Assembly (NCBI GenBank): GCA_030265395.1
Contig: JARFYF010000017.1
Location: 22,919,937 to 22,983,936, forward strand
Reading direction: 5' to 3'
Length of the DNA stretch: 64,000 nucleotides
Source of the DNA: Rhina ancylostomus
Lineage: Eukaryota
This document shows, one piece after another, positions 1-13,729 of the stretch (positions are counted from its first letter, which is position 1; each line of letters starts with the position of its first letter). Below the pieces are notes generated by a model. It saw nothing but the letters and a program-made list of their open reading frames with translations. It was not told the origin of the DNA and did no database searches. A program made the translations under genes and the position numbers.

Positions 1-154
1 GCAACTAGTGCTAGAGAAACCCAGGTACTTATGCTAGGCCCCTGTTGGGGCTCAGGTGTGTGTCATTATACAATCGGTCCAGCATGGAATCCATGTGCTG
101 TACAACAAAGCTCTTAAGGGGCCAAATCAAGGGCCAGTACTCAGAACCATGACA
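1..154 (-). mobile_element. LTR fragment, same family as 21975..22257, truncated by the window start
   Basis: GCATGGAATCCATGTGCTG...GGGCCAGTACTCAGAACCATGACA (72..154) closely matches 22185..22257 and ends at the same ...CATGACA terminus. Orientation is inferred. Confidence 0.6.
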
Positions 155-3100
155 GCTAAGGAGTGACCATATAGAGCTTTATAAAAACATTAAAACTGCC
201 AAGGTTGTCGGGTCACAGATAAGTCTTCTCTTTGACACAAAAGCCTTTCTTTTCTTCAATTTCTAACATATGTTTAGGTTCTTAACCTGACTTAATGTGG
301 TGCCAAGAATATAAAGGATAGCAAGAGACATAGAGAACTACTGAAACGTGCACCTTAAATACTCCACTCTGTCCAACCACACTGTGCATGTGTGCATTTG
401 CTATACATATATGTTACTTTTTACATACTCTATTTTTTCTTTGCATTTGTCAGCAAACATGGTAAACTAAATTGCATCAATATCTGAGGTTACTCACAGA
501 ATTTCTGAACAAACTTTGATTTAAGGAGCTTGTATTACCACCCTCAGCAGCTGGCAGCCTAAAGAGCTTGTTTAAATAAGATGCTTGATTAAGGCTTTTT
601 CATATCACTATTGCTAGGTCTTCAGTCTGACTGTAGACCATTTTCAGAAATTTTCCAAAGTTCCCAGCAGCTTCTGTTAAAAACTTTTGAATGTTCGAGA
701 AGACATTTGCTTGTGTTAGATCAAAGACTTTGGATTCTCAACATTTTACAAGCACTAATGATGCCCACAGTGTTCCCATCTGTTAGAATAAGCAAAAGGA
801 GAAGAGCTCGCAGGAATTCTTCTCCTCCCAGAGGTTACCGGGTGACAACTGTATACTTGCTCTTCTCCGTGAAGCAGTGAAGAAGGAAGCTACACTTCCT
901 TGCACAGGCTGTCACAGAGCAGTTACTGCTTGAGTGAGACCTGTGGCCAACAGCAGGAGCTGGTACAGCATTGTTTGTTTCAGTGAAAGTCTTCGTCTTT
1001 AGCTCCTTTCATGTTGCCACAGGGCATATTAGCAACATCAGACAGAAGGGAATTTATGCTTACAATGATCACATCATTATTAAAACAAATTACTTCACTA
1101 TGTTCCCAATGGACAGAAGGAAACAGCAGGATAGGTTTCCAGGGTTCTGTAGATTACAGGCTTTTCCTCGCTGGAACATCATTTCACTGCACTCAGATCA
1201 GCCTGAGGGCTCCACCAGATGATCTCACTGCCTCTGTAAATTGCAAGGGCTTCCACTTATTAATATGCTGTCAATGTACGATAGACAGCTGTGTATTATG
1301 CTGGTTTGTGCCCACTTCAATGCAGCTGCCACAATACCTTCTTGGCCCTTGCTTGGCAGATGTTAACAGTTTGGGGACAAGGGCCATGTTCTGCATCCTG
1401 GGCACATGATTCTTCCCAGTAACCCCTACATTGGTAGCACCAGATTCACACCTCATCTCGGACTCTTGTTGAGCAATGAAGTTATTCAAAAAGGAAAACT
1501 GGGCTGAGCTGATCTGATGATTTTCTATTGGCCTATTCCATATTAACCACATGGACCAATTTAAACCCACTTGTTCATCACTCAGTGCCACGGGATCTTT
1601 AATAATAAAATAATGGACCATTTATGAGTTAATCCAATAATAAAGAACTCCAGCAAACCCTCAGTATTATACTGGAGCATTATTCTACAGTACTAACATG
1701 ATATGGAGAAGAAGGTAAAATCGAAATCTGATCCAGAGATCAGAGTTCTATCAAATTATCCAAACTTGTACAGGAGAAGGAAGTAGAAAGGCAGGATAAA
1801 TCAGATAGAGAATTCCTTTGAAATAAATCACAGCTTCAACAAATATTGGCAAATTTAATAATACTGGATGTGAAATACTAAGTGTAATATATAATGTCTT
1901 TTAATGCAACAATACAGGTTACAAAATGGGAACAAGAAATAAAATGTGCACTGCAAAACATTATAATATCTTGTAATGTCTACGATATTAACATATAACA
2001 GATTGCTGTAGAATGATTTCTTCTTACATACATCATTTTTAAAGGTCTGTTCATTCTCAGTTTTTTTCCATTCATGAAGATGACACATTGGGGAAAGAGT
2101 TTTTTTGCAGCTTAAACTGTTTAATCATCCCACACACTGTTGAATTATCCAGAGAATAGACCTTAGGCTCCTGATAAACATTCTCCATTAAAGGAGTACT
2201 ATCATTCACTGGGGAGCATAAGACCTTGATTGGTTACATTTGGAAAAATCTATGCTGCTCCCAAGTATACAACAAAACAATTTGACACAATCATGAATCA
2301 ATAAGGTAATTCATGGAGCATATCAATAGCTGTAGATTTTGTCCTGAACTTCTTTATGAATTTTATGCCTTAAGATTCTTATGCAGCATTAAGTACATTG
2401 ATTATGTTTGAAATTCTAGGAGTTATCAAGTATTTATTTGTCCATTGGAATTTGCTCTAGAATTTTCCCTCCCCCAGGGCCTAGTCATGTATTACTTTCC
2501 ATTATCATTTAACCAGCCCAAATGGTGAATTTTCACATCTACATAGAGACTGTGTTCATCTATGGTAATGAGACTGCATTGAGGTTAGACGATGACGTTG
2601 ATGTTGGTTCTTGGGGATGATTCTCCAGAGAGCTTTTCCTGATTGTGTGCCTTCATTTTAGAGGCAGGGACATGGGAACCCAGGTAAGCTAACATGAACA
2701 ATGTGACTATTTACCCCATACCACTTACCTTTGGACACAAAGGTACACTTCCATCAGGGATAGCTGAATAATAATAATGGCTATTCCCCCAAACCCCTGC
2801 TTCCACACTCTCTACCGAGATTCTCACCTCGGGGTGCAGCAGAAAATTTTATTCAACCATTTTATTGGTTGAATTGAATTAATTCAGCACAGCTTAAACC
2901 AACTTACTGGTAAAGGGTTATGATTTATGGAACAAATATAGAGACTAGGTACAGATGTGGCTGGGGGATGATATTTCAGAACTATACAAGGTAAATGTAA
3001 AATATCACTTTAAATTGAATCATGTGACCAGGGCAAGGTCACATAGGTTATTTGTCACCAGTTTGAACCTTAGAACAGAAATTAGCATGTTCAGCAAACT

Positions 3101-3836
3101 GTGTGATTGGCTGTCAGAAGGAACTCTAGAAGAGAAGTCTCGGCACATTTAAGAAACAATCAGGTGCAGAAATGGACAGACCTTATTTTTCTTCCAAAAG
3201 GATGAACTAACATGGGTTCCTAACCTACAGTCATCTCACAAATTTGACATTTCCTGGTTTTCATGTCCTCACTGTCTGAAGCACCTGAGACACAGATACA
3301 TGAAAAATCGGCTTTAATGTGGCACCCTTTAAAGGTCTTTCAGAATTTGGTTTAGATTTCTCAGATGCCTTGGTGTGCTTAGGCTACATTGGTACTGCTA
3401 TTTTGTAGGTTGGACATTCTCATTTTTATGAGGGAATTTAATTTTGTGTTCTTTGTGCGCTTCTGGGAAAATGCTATTTGTGGTTTAATACCACTTAAAT
3501 ACCATTCCATCACTTTATTTTTAAATAAGTTACACAAAGTAACAATTGAACCAACTAATGTTAATGAATGCCTTCTGTTGGCAGAGCAGCATGGGTAAGG
3601 CTGTCATTATATTTACGTACAATGGCTTGCAACTCCTTTGCAAGTGAAACCCTATATGAAACTAGGTCTTTTACTTCAGTATAGAACATTACTAAAATAT
3701 TTGTTTCATCAAGCATAAATGGGAGATTTGTGACATNNNNNNNNNNNNNNNNNNNNNNNNNNNNNNNNNNNNNNNNNNNNNNNNNNNNNNNNNNNNNNNN
3801 NNNNNNNNNNNNNNNNNNNNNNNNNNNNNNNNNNNN

Positions 3837-4000
3837 CTTAAAACTTTTCATATCCGCCTCCACCACTGTTGCCGGCAGCCCATTCCACGCACTCACCACT
3901 CTGAGTAAAAAAAAACTTACTCTTGACATCTCTTCTATATCTACTCCCCGCACCTTAAACCTATGTCCTCTTGTGGCAACCATTTCAGCCCTGGGAAGAA
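3837..4000 (-). mobile_element. CR1 LINE 3' fragment next to an assembly gap
   Basis: Minus strand reads ATRGHRFKVRG...FFLLRVVSAWNGLP, the typical CR1 ORF2 C-terminus. Confidence 0.85.
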
Positions 4001-4789
4001 GAAATGTCATTCTAAATGGTAACACTGATGAATACAACATATTATTTTGGATCTGTGCTAATTGTACAAGAAATGTACATTGGAACCATAGGAATCAAAT
4101 AAGATTTAAGTGACTGCTCTACCGAAAAAAAGGACATTCATTAATAATTCTCATTGTTCTTGCTGTTAAATGACAGCTCCTTTAATGTGCGGCAACATTT
4201 CAAACGCCACAAGCCTGCCTGATAACATAGTACCAGTTAAACACAAGAAAATTAATGCCTTTTATGCATTGAAAAGAGTGAACCATCACATCCATGGGTG
4301 CAAGTTTAGGGATGCCCAAAAAGATTGTGTCAACATCTGTTTCATCTATTCTGTTCTATAACAACTCAAAGCAAATGTCTTCCTAAATGAGAAAACTTAG
4401 TCAATTGTATGACCATATAAAGAAATTGAGTTTATATACCGTGAAACAAAAGGCCTTTTGACAAGTGTATACCCTGCATCTTTATTTGCAATGAACAATT
4501 ATAATAATTTTAAAACATGACAATGGACAATTCCAGTACTAGCTTGCATATAAAAAAGAATCCAAGTATTTTCTTGTAAGAAGCAAACTTTCCCTCCCCA
4601 CCTTCTTTTTGTTATAACGGGATACTGCCTCCTCTGCCTTTGGTTATTTACCAAGTTTATTCCCTCAGAATAACAACATATTCAATGTGATAGGAAAATA
4701 TCATTGTTATGGAAAGACTGTTTAGTTACCTTGCTTTCATTTAAATAATTAAGCTTGTTAATTGTTATGAACTAATGTTGTCTGTTGTT

Positions 4790-5710
4790 GAGTGTAAATC
4801 AAAATTAACAGATGGGAAATGCAAATTAAATCTGGAGTCAGGCAAGGCTGTCCACTGCCTCTGTTTGTTTATGTGTTGCATTGAGTCTTTTGCTGCCTTC
4901 ATTAGGAAGGACATGGGCACAAGAGGAGTGATGATCCAAGGCAGTGGGAGCACTCAAAGCCTCCCTGCAGAAGGACAGTGTTGTTGTCTGTGACTTGGAC
5001 CACTGTCAGGTCAGTCTACAAATAGATCAGTATTTGTTATCAGTTTGAACTGGCTGCAGTAAAAAATGAGGCCATGTCCTTTGGCAACTGGTCTGAACAA
5101 TCCTTTGTTCTCTTCACTGATGAGTTTGATGACCTGAGAATACTGGGAATCCTGGTTCAGAAGAGCAGGGTGTGGCAAGAATTGGCTGAAGTGGATAGAC
5201 ATGATAAAACAGAAGATGAGAATGGGGAGCAGCACTCCCCTGTTGGTGGTGGGAAAGAACTTTGGTCAGCAGGTGTGAGGTGAGCTTGGTGTTATTGTAG
5301 TTGGTGCATATGTAGCCACTACCCCTCTGTGTGGCATAACAGCAACTCCCCATGCCAATAACCACTTTGTCAGAAAATCGAAGATGGATCAGATGTGATG
5401 CACAGATCTCCAGAGAAAGGTATTGGAAAGTGCACCGCTATGTACCTGTCCTCCTCATAGCCATCGTTGTTTGTGGCTGCATCAAGCTGCACGTCAAGTC
5501 TGTGTACTCAATCACCAAGTGTCACCAAGCTCTACCTCTCTCCAGTGTTGCAAAAGGTGCCGGGCCCACCTCTCTCCAGTGTTGCAAAAGGTGGGCCCGG
5601 CCATGTTGCTGCAAGGCATTCCATTCATTTGGACCATTCCTCACCATCTATCTCTTGCAGGAAAGCTTCTGTAGAAAAGCATCCTTGTCAATCAGAATTT
5701 TGATTAGGAA
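4790..5710 (+). mobile_element. Degenerate Tx1/L1-clade LINE ORF2 (RT and downstream region)
   Basis: Frameshifted motifs SGVRQGCP, FMCCIESFAAFIRKDMGTRGVMIQGSG, DDLRILGI, IVVCGCIKL..TKCH, LYLSPVLQKVG and WTIPHHLS resemble fish/shark Tx1 ORF2. Confidence 0.75.
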
Positions 5711-5724
5711 GTAAATATTGACTA

Positions 5725-5975
5725 ATACATAAAGTGCTGGAGGAACTCAGCAGGTCCGGCAGCATCTATGGAAGGAAATAAACAGTCAATGTTTCAGGCC
5801 GAGGTCCTTCATCAGGGCTGAAAAGGAGGAAGGCAGAAGCCAGAATTAGAAGGTGGGGGGGCGAGGGAGGAGCACACGCAGGCAGGTGAGAGGGAGAAGG
5901 CAGGTGGTTGGGGGAGGGGGAGATGGTGTAATAAGCTGAGAGATGATAGGTAGAAGAGGCAAAGCACTGAAGAAG
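5725..5975 (-). repeat. Penelope-like element terminal repeat
   Basis: AAGTGCTGGAGGAACTCAGCAGGTCCGGCAGCATCTATGG...GTTTCAGGCCGAGGTCCTTCATCAGG. Related copies lie near 11915, 27540, 34905, 35815, 43075 and 53320. Family name is from recall. Confidence 0.6.
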
Positions 5976-7539
5976 ACTAAACCCCACTTCCTCCTGCCCC
6001 TGAATTACTGCCATGGAGTCTTCTGCATCCGTCTGAGAGAGCTAATGGGGCCTCGGTATAACATCTTCTCTGTAAGACTACCTCCAGCACTGTAGCACTC
6101 TCAGAACAGCATTGAAATGTCAGCAAGTCTGATTGTTTGGAGTGGGACATGAACCTTCAAACTCAAAAGAAAGTATGCTACCACCTGGCCACATTTGATA
6201 ATCATATTTTAATAAAAATAAAGCTGCTCCTCGTGGATGCTGACCATGTGTCAGCATTTTCAGATACATTTAGAAATGAAGATAGTATACTGACTCTCAT
6301 GCAAAGCTTTAGTGACTCAACTATAATATTTTTAGTCTAAAGATTCTGCCAAAGGGATAGTTAAATAAGTAGCAGCTGCATCATTTATAACTCTTCATTA
6401 GGATGTAACGTTCTACAAACAAGTACAATTGTATGGATATTCCTTAAAGGATAAAGATTATTTAAATATACATGATGCTGTGGCTTAATATTGTCAGAGA
6501 TTCCTGTGGGGGGGGGGGAGGGGGGGTGCTGGTGTTTCTGGACCTCCCATTCTGTCACTATGGTAACTGCAGAGAGTAGGTCTTTGAGCAAAGTGCTCCA
6601 TAAGCAGGTGTCGGGTAATCAAGAGAGCTGCTCTACCCTGGGTGGTACCAAGCTTCAGGAGTGTTATTAGAGCTTCACTCATCAAGAAAATAAAGCATAT
6701 TCCTGACTTGTATCTTGTGGACAGTGGAAAGGTTTTAGGGAATCAGGAAGGGGAATGACTCACTGCAGGATATCCAGCCTCTCGCCTGCTCTTGTACGCA
6801 CAATGTTGGTGACATTGGTCCAGTTAAGTTGCAGGTTTCTGAATTGAAGTTGTTAAGTTGTTTGACTCCCACTCTAACACTGAAGGGAAACTACAGGAAA
6901 GGCTAGTGAGATGAATAAATCATAAATTGTGGACATGTGATTTTCTGTTTGGGGATAAGGCCATTCATTGCCTGATCGAAGCAATGACACAGCCAAAAGA
7001 ATGAAGCAGAGACTTGGCCATGTGGGAGATACTGTTTATTTGACCTCCAAGAATATAGCCCTGGAGTCTAAGGCATGGTTGTTCATCATAGAAATGGCAG
7101 ACTGGCTGAATTTGAAAAGAGGGATGCAAGTACTGCAAAGTATTCCCTTTGTGGGTGGTATAACATGTTTTAACATCGAATTGATACCCCATTTGCTGTT
7201 GCTGGGAAGGACAAGCACGTGCGCTGCTGTTCACTGTTGAACCGGACAATTGTTATTGTGGCTGAACTGAAGGTAACACACCATCTTGCAGTGACTTTCA
7301 GTGAAGTCTCAGGTGAAAGTTCCCTTTTGTTTTTGAAATAGGGAAGCCTTAGTAGCTTGCCTTTTCCACACATCAACAAGCTGCATACTGATCTAGCTAA
7401 CTCTTGCTCCACCTCCAGCAAGACCAGGGATGGGAGTAGAGAGCCAAAAAGCAAGTCCTCCCTCGCAGAGGAGGCCATGCTCAAGGGCAGGTGGGCCCTG
7501 GCCAGGCCAGCCATCCACCAGGTGTTTCTGGGAGCAGTG

Positions 7540-8960
7540 CTCTTATCTCAGCCTGTCTGAGGAGCAACACACCTGGAAGCTGAGAGCCTTTGGAGCACTG
7601 CAGACAACTGCAGATGACTTATGTCACATTCCCCAATTTGCAGTTCACTGCCGTACATGAGATGTCATAAATATTTATTCCAGAAGAGGGGATTTTATCT
7701 GTTTGAGGAGAGAGCAGCAGGCATTTCATGGATGCTGATATGCCCAGACTGCTGACTTCCCAAAAGTTCAGCAAGTGGGAGTGAATCTTCAGATCTTCAT
7801 CTACTGCAAAGCTCATCACTTCCTCAACATCCTGATACTGTCTGATCAACAGCCAACAATCCCTGTGGTCCATACCATGTACCAAACACTGGTATGACTT
7901 GTTGATTATGAGGCAGTTTGTTCAGTGAACCATCATTCAGCTGCCATGTCGAACACCCAGTTGGTTTTGAGGAGCACGGCTTTCCTCTCTTTCCTTTATT
8001 GCTCACTCATCCAAGCTTCTGGCTGTTGCTGGAAAGAACATCTGCAACTCTAGCCGTGGGTTTGCCAAGAGCTTATTGGAGAGTCCATCAGAGTTATAAG
8101 GACCGATTCCACTGCTTGTTCCCCACACAAGCACCCTGCAGTACTGTCTGAGAGGGTCTCACACTTTGTCATCTTCTGCCACATGGTGTGCAGTCTGACA
8201 GTGGTGTGGACACAGCATGTGACCACTGCACAACAGCAGGAGGAGGAAAAGAAGAAGGACTCCAAGTCACACAGTTTAATCTCTCAGATGTGGCCTTTAT
8301 TCACCATGTCCACTGTATACACATACACTGCCGGCAAAACTCCAGCAATGGAGTTCTCTCATCACACCCACTGTAGTGGTTCATGTAGGTGGCTTTTGCA
8401 CTCACCATTGCAAATAGGATGAGCAACAAATGTTGACATCCCAGCTTTGCCCATCTCCCGAAGTGATGATCTGTAACAACAAAACCAAATCCCCATGGTG
8501 ACACCTATTGCCATGATGGCAACTCTCTGAAACTGATCACCTTCAGTGTTGCCTTCTGCATAACCATGGATATTAGTTCCAAGCAAAACCACATGCCAAA
8601 CATTTATCAAGACCAATTATTGACTAATCACCCAGTGCTTCCCCTTGGTGCCTATCGTGCTGTTCCTTTGCAGTTGACACCAGCAGCTGCAGCGAAACTG
8701 ATGGATCTTGCTCCATTGGGACAGAGAAGGAAGGTTGCAGGTAAAGGGTGAACACAAGCGCCCTTGTTCTAGATGTGCTGACTTTGGATGGCACTGTCTT
8801 GCCATATGGCTGTTGTCAGGGCCAACCAGCTGTAGGAGCAGTTTCAGAGAGTCAGTGATAAAAGAACAAATCTCATTGTGCAGAAATGAGTCTTCAGATT
8901 CATACGCCACAGAGATCCTAATATTTTCATGGGATCTACATGGGATGGCTGAAGGATATG
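7540..8960 (-). mobile_element. Possible highly decayed R2/HERO-like (RLE) non-LTR retrotransposon, 3' half
   Basis: On the minus strand, in the expected order and across frames: KILGSL/VAYE (cf. PRILWPLLVYE), QWTW..ERL, LHTMW..C..C, WQL, IV..SDSIRML (cf. PDIVLWS). All are weak matches. Confidence 0.35.
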
Positions 8961-9589
8961 CAAGAGATCAGATATGATTGATTGAATTTCTTGGCAGCAA
9001 ATTCAGTACGCTGGCGCAATTTAATATAACTTAACATTCCAAGGATAAAATAACTTTAGATCAAGCTAGACAACTACTAGTTTCATGATCAAGGTTAGGG
9101 AAGTCACAGTAACCATTAGTAAAGCTCTAGAACAAGTACGATTATGTAGGAGTAACTCAGCTAAGATACTTTCAAAGTAATTCATTTTGTGTAGTGATGT
9201 GTGGCAATTGCTAATTATGTTTGTGTGTTCTGTATTATTCATATATATTCACATAACCACTTATGTGCCCCTTGAGCATAAATAAAAGGTATAATTCAAA
9301 CAGAATTTCAGGTTATTACTATGTTTCATAACAGCTGCATTATTAATGCTATTTTTCATTAATTATGTTTTTGTTCAGGAGTATTCTTCATTAGTTGAAA
9401 GAAAATACCAATTTATTCAGAAAGAAGAGCCATTAAAATTGAAGGGAAAATAACTATAATAATTAAGGAGAGGTTTGCAAAAATTTACCTGCAAAAAATA
9501 AGCACTATATTGAATACTTTCCTACTTTATATGAAAAACAGCCAATGCATTTTGCAGTGTTGCTCCTGAATAGTCTTGATGTAAAGAAG

Positions 9590-10250
9590 GGATCCCATGT
9601 TACTGGCAAAGGTGGGGCTTTGTTAAGGTTTGTACTGAATATTTTATTTAGGAAATGATTGAAAGGTTGGCTAGGGAGAGGGAGGAATCAATGTTTAGGG
9701 AAGAGAGTTTAAACAGCTTTGGTGTTTCTAATATTAGTTGGGAAAATTCATCTAGTCCTGTTGGACAACTTAGAGACACTGGAAGAGCCAAGAGAGGTAG
9801 AGTTGAAGTAATACAGGTGTCATCAGCTAATGTGTGGAAAATCATCCTGCATTTTAAGATGATGTCACTGAGGAGCAGTACATAGCTGAGAAATGTTAGC
9901 TGGCCAAGGATAGGTCCTTAAAGAATTCCTAAGGTAATGAGTAGTTGGATCAAGAAGAAAAGCAATTTCTAGTAATTCTCTGGCTATCCTGGAGTCATCA
10001 GAATGGATGAATATGATCCTGTCCAGCCGGACAGATATAGAGCGGTGTTGGAGAACAATGGTGTGGTCAAATGTGTAAAAGGCAAAAGGTAGCTTGATAA
10101 GAACAAGGGAGTAAAGACAGCCTCTGAGGAATCACAGAAAATGTGCTTACTGGCTTCAGTCATAGCTATGTCACTACTGTGGAAGGGATAGAACCCTGAT
10201 TGGAGGGATTCAACATGTGTTCTGTGTAAGGTGGGTATGGAATCACAAAG
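9590..10250 (-). mobile_element. L2-type LINE RT remnant
   Basis: Minus-strand IFHTLADDT (decayed FHxYADDT RT motif) in ORF 9648..9845. Confidence 0.55.
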
Positions 10251-10444
10251 ACATTCTTTAATAGAATTAGTCCCATGTTGGTTCTTGTTTCTTTCCTCAG
10301 AACTTTTTTAGATAGTGCACTCCAGATTATTACAACTCTCATCAGATCATGTGAACAATATGACACAGAAAGAGGCCATTCAGCCCATCATGTGTGTGCC
10401 ATTTGAGAAAGAGCCACCCAAACTTGGAGCATTAAACACCCAAA

Positions 10445-10983
10445 CTTAGACCACACTTGGAGTATTGTGTTCAGTTCTGGTCGCCTTATTATGGAAGAAT
10501 GTGGAAGCTTTAGAGAGGGTACAGAGGAGATTTACCAGGATGCTGCCTGGATTGGAGAGCATGTCTTATGAGGATAGGNNNNNTTGAGTGAGCTAGGGCT
10601 TTTCTCTTTGGAGAGTGGGAGGATGAGAGGTCTCAAGTCACCTCTCATCCTCCCACACTCCAAAGAGGCATAGATTGAGTGGACAGTCAGAGACTTTTTC
10701 CCAGGACAAAAATGGCTAACATGAGGGGGCATGATTTTAAGGTGATTGGAGGAAGGTATAAGGGGGATGTCAGAGGTAAGATCTTTACACAGAGAGGGCA
10801 GCAGAGGTTGTGGGAGCAGATACATTAGGGACATTTAAGAGACTCTTTAGATAGCCACATGAATGATAGAGCAATTGGAGGGCTAAGTGGGAGGGAAGGG
10901 TTAGATAGATCTTAGAGCAGGATAAAATGTCAGCATGACATCATGGGCCAAAGGGCCTGCACTGTGCTGTTATGTTCTATGTA
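10445..10983 (+). mobile_element. CR1 LINE 3' fragment nested inside an older minus-strand CR1
   Basis: RPHLEYCVQFWSP motif (AGACCACACTTGGAGTATTGTGTTCAGTTCTGG), then the CR1 3' UTR GGGCCAAAGGGCCTG...TGTTCTATG. Confidence 0.85.
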
Positions 10984-11700
10984 AACTAATCCCACATACC
11001 AGCTCCAGATCTGTCACCCTACAAGCTCAGCTCTTCAACTACACATCCAAGGACAGTTTAAATGTGACAAGGGTTTCTGCCCCGTATCAAATTCCAGACC
11101 CTTGCTCCCCTCAGGGTTAAAAATACTTGCACTATCTCCCCATCTCGTCCTTCTTTCAATTACCTTAGATCTGAGGTTTGACCCTTTGCTAAATGAGAAT
11201 GCTACTTCCATTCACTCTGTCTGGACCTCTCATGGCGTTATACAGCTTAATGATGTTTTCCCTCAGCATCCCTGTTTGAAAGAAAATAACCCTAGTCTAT
11301 CCAATCGATCCTCACACCCACAATGTTTCAGTCTTGACAACACCTTTGAAGATCTCTTCTGCACCCTGTCCAGTGCAATCATAGTTTAACTGTAGTGTAG
11401 TGACCACATTTGTGAACAGGACTCAAGCTGTGGCCTGTCCAGTGTTGTTAATGCATCCGGTATAACCTCCCTGTTCTTATGTCCTATTTAATGAAAGAAA
11501 ACACTCCCTATGTGTATTTAACCACTTTATTGACTTGTTGTGCTACCTTTAAGCATCTGTAGACATACAGTGAGAGATCCTTTTGTTCCTCGACTTTGAT
11601 TACCGCCCCCCCCCCATNNNNNNNNNNTATGTTGCCTCGTTATGTGCTTAACTTCCACTTGTCATTTCTCAGACCAAATGTCCAGACTATTATTTTTCCT
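10984..11700 (-). mobile_element. Old CR1 LINE fragment; its 3' end lies at about 10355..10425
   Basis: Reverse-complemented CR1 ORF2 C-terminal and 3' sequence (AATCTCTTCTGCACCCT-type and GTGACCA...ACTCAAGCTGTGGCCT motifs). Confidence 0.6.
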
Positions 11701-13235
11701 CGTAATAAAAAGTTTCAACTTGCCTGTTCTTTTTTTGCCAAGAATTTAAATGAATGAACCCTGTTATTGACCCATTTGTCACTCCAAATAACCTATTTAC
11801 CTTTCATGATTTTGAACGTCTCTATCAAATCCCTTCTTAATCTGCTGATCTAAGAATCAATCCACTTTTTATAAAAGAACTGCCAACCAATCAAACTGAT
11901 AGCTGTTGTTGGTACAAAAATAGAAAATGCTGGGAATACTCATAAGGCCAAGCAGCCCCCGTAGAAAGAGGAAAAGAGCTAATGTTTCAATAAGTGCTGG
12001 TCTTGCCAGCAATTTCACCATCTTGTGAGCAAATTAATAAAAGGGTGAGATTTGGGATAAGAGATTGATTTCCTTCCCGAAAGATAATTAGTGAGAAAAG
12101 TATTTGCAGTAACAATCAAGAGAATATTGTAACATATACAAGACCATTGTAGGTTAATTTTATAAAAGGTTGTCACTAGCTCTTCAGGAGACTCCATATG
12201 ATAGTTCTGCTCTTCTATATTTGAGGCAACCCTTTCAAGATGTGGATGTCAGAGCCACATGGTCCAGTGATGCTTTAGAGTCCGTTTTAAGTGTTAATGG
12301 AAAATGCACTTAATGATAGAAAAAGTATGGAGTTTCCTAATTCAAAGTTTAATGTCTTGCACTCAAAACATTGCATTAAATGCTTGAACAGAATAATAAA
12401 AAATCATTATAGTATAAGGGCCTGAGATTTACACCACTGTACTGCTGTTGCTGCAGTAGATCTGTTCCAGATGTAGAATTTAATAAGCCGAAAATTGATT
12501 GCATTACTAACCTTTCTCAATTATGTGCTTTATGTTAAGTAGATTCTCATTCTACTCCTGGGAAGAAAACAGTCAGAACAATAACCAACCCATATGCTGG
12601 GTCCAATTGGTACTGAATAACTTTGCACTCAGAGACGATGAGGATAATTGGTTTTTGAGAAAGTGGTGTGGTCACTGATATAGAAGTGGGTGTCCCATTG
12701 GTTGGAAGACAAAGTCTGTTTTGGGGTATTATTAGGAAGCCATCACCATGCACTTAACCCTATCAATACTGACAGCAGATGAATAAAGTGAAATTATCTA
12801 CTTAACCCACAAATGCTAAAAATCACATAAACATGCTGTTTTATGAATAAAGACTAGCAATGTGTCTACTAAACTTCAGAGGGAATGCATTCTCCAGTGG
12901 TTCCATGTTCCGGTTCAGAATTAATAGAGCTGAACTGCATATACGTGGATGTTACAAAATGATCCTTTGTTTGATTGTGCTAATAGCTTTGCTCTGGTTA
13001 GCATTGTCCTTCTTAGTTAATCTTCCAGATTCTAGCTTCAGTGATTAAGATAGATATCAAAATCTTTTTTCTGCCCCAAGGAGTGAATCCATGGCTGCTG
13101 CTGAGATATTATTACTATTGTTAATATGCTTTAGTGAGTGGTTAGGTTTTTTATTGTTTCAGAGAATTGTGGAGCTCTGGGCAATTTTGAATGGCAATGT
13201 CAAGAGTTCTTAGCTACAACATATTCGAGAAATGA

Positions 13236-13655
<420 letters not shown>

Positions 13656-13729
13656 TAAATTGGCATATTTAACAAATTAAAAAAAGAATTACGGACATAC
13701 ATTTCTGAAAAAAAAGTTGCTTGAGCAAA

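Noticed and set aside
611-880. 89-aa ORF containing CSRRHLL and a basic tail, considered as CPNE7 coding exon 1
   Set aside because: It lacks the KVEL..SC..LLDRD..KSDP context and a suitable donor. I found no first coding exon in 1..13313, so it is probably upstream of the window.
2600-2690. Strong donor-like CAG|GTAAGC near 2683
   Set aside because: No copine-like or other recognisable coding frame precedes it, and isolated donor motifs are common by chance.
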